IMG/VR virus record: IMGVR_UViG_3300036770_005682
Span: 1-64,000 of that record
DNA: 64,000 nucleotides
Direction: 5' to 3' (one strand)
From: a virus
The position numbers and the translations under genes are program-made. The notes below the pieces were generated by a model. That model was not told the DNA's origin. It was given only the letters and a program-made list of their open reading frames with translations, and did no database searches. Shown here in pieces: positions 59,401 through 64,000 of this stretch (positions are counted from its first letter, which is position 1; every line of letters begins with the position of its first letter).

Positions 59401-60796
59401 TCACGGCATACCAACAGTGGAAAATGCCCTCCATGTTGATGCTGACGAGATAAAAACTCTAATACCTGAAGCCAGGGCACTGCATGCCGCAGGAAACCCA
59501 CAATGGGCTGGAGCAGTGCATGAAGAATCAAGAATCATTGCTGACCTTGCTCTTCAAGAAGCAATAGCAAATGGTTTAGACGTTGTATACGACTCAACGG
59601 GTCAGTACAACTCTGGTTTTGGAACGTTGCAGGCTGCACGCAATGCTGGATACGACATTGTTATGCACTACAACACCGCAGAGCCAGACGCCCTTGCCGC
59701 AGCAATTGAAAGCCGCTCGCAGACAGATTCGCGTCGCCTACCATCTGGCTTTAACAATGCTGTTATGCAACGCAATAAGACAATTATGCCTAGTGTTGCT
59801 AAAGCCGCAGATGAGTTCTATTTGTGGGATTCATCTGACATAAAATCACGCAAATTGCTGGCCCAAAAGCAAACTCCACAGTCAATGCTTCAGATAATGG
59901 ACCCGAACGCATACGTTTATGGAAGCTTCGATGAAGCAGGCCAAGCAATAACCAAGGGTGGCAGGCCAACTGCCCGCCTTAACCAGTACAGATATGCGGC
60001 AGAGAGCCCTGAAGGACGAGCAATTCAGGCTTTTGAAAATGGTTCAACAATTGACCAAATATCTGAAACAATGCCCGATATGAAGCGCGACAGAATATTT
60101 GATGTTGTCACCGGAGGGGTAATTGACCCATCACTCCAATACAGGCCGCCAGTATCACCATCACAAAGGCCTGCAATCAACCCAGAAAAGAAGATTGATG
60201 ACTTCGTATCTGATGACAACCTTGAGAATATATGGAACAGCCTGGAAGAAGCACAACAACAAATCGTAAGAAATGTTCTCAAAAAACAACCAGGCGCTAT
60301 GGACGAGTTTGATGATTCGGGCCTACCGATGGACATAATTATCTGGGCCGCGCAAAACAATATCAGTGGGAGAATGGGCGCTGTCTACGATAGAGATAGA
60401 TATAGCGCCGATGATGTGAATAATGCAATTCTTGAGGTTTATGGTCGTGGCCTACAGGCTGCAGAAATGCTCGAAACGCTCAAGAGCGAGTACGACATTT
60501 CAATGGCTCGGGCAGACCTAACAGCACGAATCACCAGACTGAGAAAAGCTGGCAAATTAGACACTTATCGTCTTCCGAATAAAAAGAAAACAGCAAGACG
60601 AATAAAGAAAAGCGCAACTCAAAAATTTGTTGACAAGCGAGATAAGCAAATAGTTCGTTTAGCCAAAACAAGACCCAACCTAACAGCGAACCAGATAGCT
60701 CAAATAATCAACAACATGCCTATTCCTCCGGGAGTAGCAGTGCAGCCAATGAGTGCTAGTTCCGTGTCGCGGATAGTAAACAGCAAAGGCAAATAA
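50408..60796 (+). CDS. Polyprotein E (3462 aa): DUF5872-like, Nudix, HTH repeats, J-domain, zeta-toxin-like kinase, HTH; 9 ISG[R/Q/Y]M-type linkers
   Basis: NYTKP.LR...GQWSARKAQ; GGF..PGE....A.REL.EETG; YEILGV...HPD; GGPAGSGKT..DADEIK..HEES. Confidence 0.8.
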   Translation: MNENNDLQFDEKDILGAPRMVRVTDPDVFSDPDSARVAARRLGCIGIRRYLNRSGGESWMPCTNESDYRKYSGIGVSGRRFRRQQLEREIRQITGRGKLAKKTIDSAVETKASKANNYTKPELRERLKQRIMAGSDGGAPGQWSARKAQMLAQAYKKAGGGYKTGGKSKTQRSLSTWTKQNWRTSDGKKARRGNYTRRYLPAKAWSKLTPAQRAATNKKKIEGSKQGEQFVPNTAAARSARKRSVRGAKHSAFYELLEIKSIEGLIEVKALPRRAARRTLQTPGALKPRLNSMGRDLNPATARNADKDPYVLEGIPTINRGRGVLDPTPGGKPSRWVPRVRKAPSKPEVAPEAKPARVLQRQAERLPKPPQTQRRESSFDWLPSDSDTWTEENKRRLFGLHKESGFSYSEFAKRNGLFADDVRESVETIKNKRKSRLNAFKKNHPKLMSVIGSFGAVRDEAMEAVADGKVKDWPSVVSWAFKDPELRRQRLSDRAVNDLFNSVSNGLDPDGKSDTVLGFIPSKTKPGKSVKTFAKRGALPPDFTSRFTTRRTAVAPARSITSIPERAIRRPERRIQRISRDIERTAAAYERLDAISGRMTSISGRMATPPGPDSSWSNQQKAQWKAEQWRKRFLFDEALNSARVNLSPELQAHIAKYPDTATAARAIMDMSDKDLDALFKAHNDALKGANITIKPPRRDELPLLPSEVAEAAQIKRPLVRAFLDEYRKMAPNGTLSRLDVDTMSNEDVEEMFNRYILPEMVDPTRLDAAGVVDVAQRISQPGQENSPLRLLDNLAYMASDDMMSLEARRRILEERLNAGIAAGTMTPAQQQATQNALDAIDMELAKLVADYEAGQPLDTSIPFIPENIPDPRKMPLWAGGRRALDFNDPVTAEDYVMFLLENDDVGFHPEWGPITRQEWNNWDEDIEQRIQRAVEVHYEGGELEAEDAMNALTAEYQQWYNVGIEAGWIEGQEEEEPQPERPIRDEFGVLDEDWVWNTEFGSPEELGVTDDPSTWALHPDNVQDDGVTPIELDELEQLILKYAPRKFQADLLEMLKPSEWTDPHSGHIDQRYVDLPPEMIDYFVAQAMGTMPPMPSGSGNLPTPNMGGVQGDGVGISDPGGPRLRRGIPFIPRNINWDSALRMFKRIIDRQGTSASAPGSYRTASLRYDPALGVYEDWGPLQLQNQFVEAAKAARELYVSGTGQDSRKAREQVWNLLQAGRTPEEIGHELIIFGADQPDTNRPPQPLDVSDLVKAAATAYAVENNLPVADVSKMLNANAKAFNADATRQETLRRSQLERLRADLDRLLSGQSMDQIIKSIDGLIEETERKKWFADQAYRIERGHDARLRKAILDLAEMYPLPTARRQIFMEPDGSITGTPSRNSRTLYQEPYTGEISADANLGWPLAFDEGYDPTKITRARQANRIYRWWRQNWGYVDRDENGEIIRQYVGPLQGTLTAHQTHARKYGNAGLSGTTAYATKTADARVRQLKEVQKLLSEARREGRNFNISGYMRNAGPNLYESYSRNAARSLVAGRKNKKSASMLLGFDSENMPVTRAMRIAFTGGSGKFSDAENMHSFASIMNPENIDYFNHLSPVEKDYFRSLYSDAEFVVAVPRDAAVSASRSIRGKDGLTPDEKLSQAFYKAMSDTRPTISGQMGLKRNLSKARGMARRNPELWQRRYMTARNSFRMATPFRRTTLQNYDLELRQVDDSVFGPISGLYLVDRATGNVIDGPYKSTELMSAVDAGRGAMRKVKEQNYPRPWEQMPEIQKAIAYGVSNEMRDFLTLDAYKLSDIRSTVNERALSLDKGIPQEAADTAVFSRDPDTSDLMVLMIQREWGPHKDDTGAWVLPGGFSDPGETSLETAMRELAEETGIKLPAESSDPQWWTTEGAKAFRLKQIGTIEAPDWDVRFTKGVKVGGAALFVSPDIAFSAGDDARRAQWISVRDIADGKIPVGFGHIAWIKNALGLEKDDPDELDSDLTDIGSKLERIERATRARNKELIEISNDWRKKLNASRDKDNQIPLFDEKNLGSYSSWELIPSDDLMYMGALSKLKVTGKPHSDADVKAEVERTREVRLGRVGTNFGPSISGQMGNIGPVDIYKMHISGKTSNDISESLPSTEAMLRATLALGMPLSKESHNINPQDERIFLSSAVRGENIADIARRNNMSVSEANSVVQNFAKMRESTEPAINKSFRKAIKQDKKLSGAEKQALTRRLNGATVKEAADFLGVKEDAYIRREAKLLNAIRESNPKMFKSNGAWSDNPRALAVDQEIFMRFVHDGQPASRIAGNMGMTEKLVNNIVKRYARWRDSNAPIETSSIKNALLRHSDSLTPGENILMSRIADGESVYDFAKRTRMPRKSAERMYNSAMLKLHIESGVAPSSRVFSANIFKAAPKRWISPIMPADILAKKPKISGRMSNNDKAISTIKESNAFNETERGFVSAPMNVLREMAIDIRQELRDQVADLSQTSAEMHPVLGGHEGVKKMATLGAYISRTLEESRISALLDEYKSAKTKFISRERRESVEKQAILDATKKLSEELWLKKQFMDLASNIYDAYERASWPWLKWDKSSPEWKRHLGVFETMEMYKIDTPSGRRKYINDGYYMPLNPREMEAFLDAVNTNNGITGRMSNPRQWARSRDLYEILGVPDTASPEDLKKAFRTKSRELHPDVNKRADADEQFKELGFAWETLSNSSLKAQYDSWRTRNASGAAADGEVDNFEEDANFKVDDNMYITDERGRLWPRHNANRDDWPTVPFTENTVFPQRKWAEKEFDEWSDWTSHKIQPSRPAGSALWGERGPGDDIRDGIETDFGGGGGGFPEGFMYRESPEEFERRLRDEFEKRLRDEGAQFWDERTMGPPPRPDDFPGPPGFPSPEGSISGRMSNFAPLDDTTRQRLGIGDLPSLYDQQQLTAQYPKDTAMFYAAKPGEPAIEVTTTFGGKLNLAQHRYDNVYRPIIDAMINAVRQNNRGRKRFISVGGPAGSGKTTDRKTGAHGIPTVENALHVDADEIKTLIPEARALHAAGNPQWAGAVHEESRIIADLALQEAIANGLDVVYDSTGQYNSGFGTLQAARNAGYDIVMHYNTAEPDALAAAIESRSQTDSRRLPSGFNNAVMQRNKTIMPSVAKAADEFYLWDSSDIKSRKLLAQKQTPQSMLQIMDPNAYVYGSFDEAGQAITKGGRPTARLNQYRYAAESPEGRAIQAFENGSTIDQISETMPDMKRDRIFDVVTGGVIDPSLQYRPPVSPSQRPAINPEKKIDDFVSDDNLENIWNSLEEAQQQIVRNVLKKQPGAMDEFDDSGLPMDIIIWAAQNNISGRMGAVYDRDRYSADDVNNAILEVYGRGLQAAEMLETLKSEYDISMARADLTARITRLRKAGKLDTYRLPNKKKTARRIKKSATQKFVDKRDKQIVRLAKTRPNLTANQIAQIINNMPIPPGVAVQPMSASSVSRIVNSKGK

Positions 60797-60798
60797 CA

Positions 60799-60978
60799 AT
60801 GAATAAGCCAATACTTCAGGATGAACTTGAAAAAATCTACATCGCCGCGATAAGAAACGAAGACCTGTCGCAACATGGCGTCAAAGAAACTCCAGAAAAC
60901 ATAGCGCTGTATTGGAGGTTGATGGCAGAAGCTCGCGAAATAGCTAATTCTGGCGACGCTTTACACATTCCAAATTAG
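60799..60978 (+). CDS. 59-aa protein after polyprotein E (absent from the ORF track)
   Basis: My translation: MNKPILQDELEKIYIAAIRNEDLSQHGVKETPENIALYWRLMAEAREIANSGDALHIPN*; ATG 2 nt after the upstream stop. Confidence 0.55.
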   Translation: MNKPILQDELEKIYIAAIRNEDLSQHGVKETPENIALYWRLMAEAREIANSGDALHIPN

Positions 60979-60998
60979 TTGTTATTTCTATTAATACT

Positions 60999-61030
60999 TC
61001 CACTACAACGGATATTAGGTTTGGTACATT
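60999..61030 (+). promoter_or_regulatory. Putative promoter of the capsid gene (TCCACTA-N19-TACATT)
   Basis: Extended -10 TGgTACATT; same upstream heptamer as at 13249-13255 on the minus strand. Confidence 0.4.
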
Positions 61031-61123
61031 AGGTATCAGGACACAGGAGCTGGGTGCTTACCTAAGCAGATGTATCTGACCCATAATCCAAAAATCCAAA
61101 ACTTCTACAAGGAGAAAATCCAA

Positions 61124-62461
61124 ATGTCTTACGACGAAGCAAGAGTGCGTGAGCTTCAAAGCGCACTAAGAGTAAAGATGGCCGAGAACAAGCAAATTGC
61201 TGATTCGTTCAAGGTCGAGGACGGCACCGTTGTCGTTTCCTCAGAGCAAAAGTCAGCTTTTGACAACAACATGCGTGACATCCGCGAAATTCGTAGCCTC
61301 ATCGATGGCCTCGAGCAGATGAAGGATGTCGACGGCTGGAGCCGCGAAGAGGGTTCTTCCGTTGCTGTTGAGTATGCAGCCAAGAGTGCGGAGAATGCCC
61401 TTAACGAGGCAGCCCGCGAGTTCGGCTTCAAGTCAATCGGCGAAATGTTCGTCAACTCACCAGAGTTCAAGTCACTCCAGGGTGGCCGCAATGGCGCAAA
61501 CATGGTTACCCCATGGCAAGCCGGTCTTTCACTCACCAGCTATGGTGTGAAGGACGTTTACTCGGCGCTGCCTTCAGGTACACCAGGCTCATTCGGCACC
61601 ATCCAGCGTGACCCGATTGTCACACCTCCGACCCGCACAAAGCGTGTTCGCGACCTGTTCCCAACTCGTACCACGACAGCAGCTGTCATTGAGTACTTCC
61701 GCCAGCTTGGTTTCACAAGCGCCGGCGGCGGCACCAATAACGCCGCTGCTGTTGCAGAGCGCAGTGGAAGTGCATTCGGTGCAAAGCCACAGTCGAGCAT
61801 GGTGTTCGTTGGTGAGCAAGCTCCAGTTCGCACACTCGCACACTGGGAAGCTGCACACCGCAACGTTCTAGCCGACGAGCCACAGCTCCGCAGCATCATC
61901 GACAATGAGTTGATGTACGGTCTACGTCTTCTCGAGGACGACCAAATCCTCAACGGAGACGGAACTGGTGAGAACCTCACTGGCGTTCTGCAGACAACGG
62001 GTATCCAGGAGTACGCATGGTCGGATGGTGCAACCCTTCCGGTCGCCGACACCAAGGCGGATGCAATCCGTCGTGCGGCTACTCTCTCGTTCTTGTCATA
62101 CTACGAGCCAACTGGCGTGGTTATGCACCCGAACGACTGGGAAGACATCGAACTGACCAAGGATGCCAACGGCCAATACCTCGTCGCAGTTTCAGTTGCG
62201 ATGGGTGGCGAGCCAAAAATCTGGCGTCTCCCAATCATCGACACACCAGCAATCGCAGAGGGCACAGCTCTCGTCGGAGCTTTCGGCACCGGCGCACAGC
62301 TGTACGACCGCGAGCAGGCAAGTATCAGAATCTCTGAGCAGCACGCAGACTTCTTCGTGCGCAACGCGATTGTGGTACTCGCTGAGCAGCGTCTCGCCCT
62401 CGCGGTTAAGCGTCCAGAGGCCTTCGTAAAGGTGACATTCGACGGCGCACCAACCGTTTAG
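61124..62461 (+). CDS. Major capsid protein (HK97 fold, N-terminal delta domain)
   Basis: AAGGAG RBS; KSIGE.FV.S..FKS, VRDL, ED.QILNGDGTG.NL.G, MHPNDW..I.L.KD.NG.Y, F.RN....LAE.R.ALAV.RP.AF. Confidence 0.95.
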   Translation: MSYDEARVRELQSALRVKMAENKQIADSFKVEDGTVVVSSEQKSAFDNNMRDIREIRSLIDGLEQMKDVDGWSREEGSSVAVEYAAKSAENALNEAAREFGFKSIGEMFVNSPEFKSLQGGRNGANMVTPWQAGLSLTSYGVKDVYSALPSGTPGSFGTIQRDPIVTPPTRTKRVRDLFPTRTTTAAVIEYFRQLGFTSAGGGTNNAAAVAERSGSAFGAKPQSSMVFVGEQAPVRTLAHWEAAHRNVLADEPQLRSIIDNELMYGLRLLEDDQILNGDGTGENLTGVLQTTGIQEYAWSDGATLPVADTKADAIRRAATLSFLSYYEPTGVVMHPNDWEDIELTKDANGQYLVAVSVAMGGEPKIWRLPIIDTPAIAEGTALVGAFGTGAQLYDREQASIRISEQHADFFVRNAIVVLAEQRLALAVKRPEAFVKVTFDGAPTV

Positions 62462-62484
62462 TAAATAGCCGCTACTAAGGACCG

Positions 62485-62518
62485 AGCCCCTGGGTGTAAA
62501 AACCCGGGGGCTTTGTCT
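62485..62518 (+). terminator. Intrinsic terminator after the capsid gene
   Basis: AGCCCCTGGGT-GTAAAA-ACCCGGGGGCT 11-bp stem (one G-U), then a short T-rich tail. Confidence 0.7.
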
Positions 62519-62536
62519 ATGTGGGATAATGTTTAT

Positions 62537-62935
62537 ATGAGCCAGCGTTTTTGGTACGGAGCAACAGTTTTGAATGTCGTTGATGGTGACACAATCGACC
62601 TAATGATTGACCTTGGGTTTAATATTCACCATAAAATTAGAGTACGCCTTTATGGTGTTAATACACCAGAATCCAGGACATCAAACAAGGAAGAAAAGGC
62701 TCTTGGCCTTAAAGCAAAAGGTTTCACTAAGGACTGGCTGGATTCACATAAGTGGGTTTATGTAAATACCATTCCAGACAAAAACGACAAGTACGGTCGT
62801 ATCCTTGCAAAAATATATAGCTCTGAGAACATCAACGATACCGCTACGGCATGTCTAAACAATGACATTATTGAGTCAGGATTGGCACGTGAGTACTATG
62901 GTGTCGGAGACAAAACATGGGTGGAATTTAAATGA
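62537..62935 (+). CDS. Thermonuclease (SNase-like)
   Basis: VVDGDTID..IDLGF, VRL.GVNTPE, DKYGRILA; likely start ATG 62537. Confidence 0.88.
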   Translation: MSQRFWYGATVLNVVDGDTIDLMIDLGFNIHHKIRVRLYGVNTPESRTSNKEEKALGLKAKGFTKDWLDSHKWVYVNTIPDKNDKYGRILAKIYSSENINDTATACLNNDIIESGLAREYYGVGDKTWVEFK

Positions 62936-63288
62936 ACGAGAATAACTCATTAATGAACATAATCTCGGCGCTTGTTGGGGGCGGCGGCATCAGGATTGTA
63001 AAAATACAGCAAGAGAAGCCAACGCTCCAGCCGGAAGAAAGAGAACTAGCAGACGCCTTAGTTTCAATATCCAAGAAATACGGGAAATTTAACGAAGATG
63101 GCAAGGGGATATGGGCTGGATATAAATCTGCAGCAGAAAATCAGAAAGCTTCGATAGGGGTTAAGTGCTCTAATTGCGTTCTATACCAGGGCGGTTCATC
63201 TTGCAAAATACTTGCAATACCAGTAGAGTCTGATGGCAAATGCAGATTTGCAGTGATACCAGACGGCGTAGTTAAAGGGTACAAGTGA
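62932..63288 (+). CDS. Protein with a HiPIP-like four-Cys motif
   Basis: KCSNCVLY.G...C.I....V...G.CRF. Confidence 0.55.
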   Translation: MNENNSLMNIISALVGGGGIRIVKIQQEKPTLQPEERELADALVSISKKYGKFNEDGKGIWAGYKSAAENQKASIGVKCSNCVLYQGGSSCKILAIPVESDGKCRFAVIPDGVVKGYK

Positions 63289-63554
63289 AGAAGAAGTTCA
63301 GCGACGACGTAGAAAGCCTAAAAGGCGAGATAGACGCCCTTGAGCGTGAGGTTGCATTTCTGAAGAAAGAAATTGAATCAATCTACAAGACCATGCAATT
63401 CTATGTAGAGAGACTCAAGCAAGTTGAATCACAAAAACAGAAGGCCTATACGCGCGGAATACAGCTCACAAATACGGCCGAAGACACACTGGGTGGTTTG
63501 CTGCAGAATATTGGTCAAACATATGGCCAAATAGGCGACATCACCCACAAATAG
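63285..63554 (+). CDS. Coiled-coil hypothetical protein
   Basis: Heptad pattern; GTGA overlap. Confidence 0.55.
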   Translation: MKKKFSDDVESLKGEIDALEREVAFLKKEIESIYKTMQFYVERLKQVESQKQKAYTRGIQLTNTAEDTLGGLLQNIGQTYGQIGDITHK

Positions 63555-63851
63555 CTATCTGTAGTGGTTTCTCCACTGTGAAGGTGAGTGCGATTCCTCT
63601 ATAGCCTGACGATGTTCGTCATCCTCATACAAACGCACAATATGCACGCATGGGTCATGCTCTTCGAACTCTTCATCTTCTGCTGGCGAAGTCGGCAACC
63701 CGTCATGGGTGTAGCAGACAGGTGGCCCGCACCAACCCATTTTTATGCCATAGGACATCCATTCATTAAATGACATACCCTGGGCTTTGTAGTAATCATG
63801 GTCCATATTTGGTGCGTCTTGACCAACCACTATTTGCTCCTTCTTATGCAT
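63555..63851 (-). CDS. Hypothetical phage protein
   Basis: F.EW..YG...GWC.PPVC.THDG.P...E.....DPC.H..R motif; start may be internal. Confidence 0.6.
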   Translation of the reverse strand: MHKKEQIVVGQDAPNMDHDYYKAQGMSFNEWMSYGIKMGWCGPPVCYTHDGLPTSPAEDEEFEEHDPCVHIVRLYEDDEHRQAIEESHSPSQWRNHYR

Positions 63852-64000
63852 GACTCACAGGTCACTATATTGCGGTCGTTTGATATCTGTTCTGATGGCG
63901 GGTTTATCCAGCCACATACAGTTACGTCAACGACGGAAATATTATCTTTGTCAATTCGCTCCCCGTACCAGAGGTGAATTGGTTTTATTTCTGGCTTTTC
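63830..64000 (-). CDS. Partial hypothetical protein (runs off window end)
   Basis: Open frame EKPEIKPIHLWYG...CGW...VTCESCIRRSK*. Confidence 0.4.
   Translation of the reverse strand, partial: EKPEIKPIHLWYGERIDKDNISVVDVTVCGWINPPSEQISNDRNIVTCESCIRRSK

Noticed and set aside
32667-60379. ISGRM motifs as DNA repeats, CRISPR-like repeats or recombination sites
   Set aside because: The nucleotide sequences differ at synonymous positions (Ser as TCN and AGT, Arg as CGN and AGR) and the spacing is irregular; conservation is at the protein level.
30459-60796. Inteins as the explanation for the giant ORFs
   Set aside because: No C/S...HN-C/S/T splice junctions or LAGLIDADG motifs were noticed at the domain boundaries.
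1-64000. tRNA, rRNA, integrase or IS elements
   Set aside because: None recognised by eye; a tRNAscan/Infernal run would be needed to exclude them formally.

Overview
This 64-kb window is part of a large tailed dsDNA phage genome with a contractile tail. The host is probably an actinobacterium; this is an inference from protein styles and apparently leaderless genes. The minus strand from 1 to 23.6 kb carries tail-fibre, baseplate, tape-measure, chaperone, tube, sheath and head-completion genes. It continues with a recombination/nuclease block (ParB-like, RuvC-like, HNH, PD-(D/E)XK, Rad52-like) and the large terminase. The plus strand from 23.7 to 62.5 kb is an HK97-type head module: portal-MuF fusion, prohead protease and major capsid protein. 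The unusual part is about 32 kb inserted between protease and capsid, containing five very large ORFs (1713, 688, 2459, 1264 and 3462 aa). Four of them are punctuated by a recurring peptide, I-S-G-R-M-[G/S/A/T], with 13 exact and 4 near copies written in varied synonymous codons. The motif separates recognisable enzyme domains: HEXXH peptidase, DEDDh exonuclease, DUF3626/ART-like, Nudix, J-domain, zeta-toxin-like kinase and HTH. These proteins also share N-terminal signatures (an E-V-K or G-K-A-L site, then either an RCP..GGQFT..C motif or an NPATARxADKD motif). Each of the four is followed by a small coupled ORF. My interpretation is a system of capsid-packaged, proteolytically processed effector polyproteins. 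I also found an unannotated -1 frameshift tail-chaperone extension, a candidate structured ncRNA with complementary loops, and a protein-identical but codon-diverged 51-aa duplication. All domain calls come from recognising motifs by eye, not from database searches.
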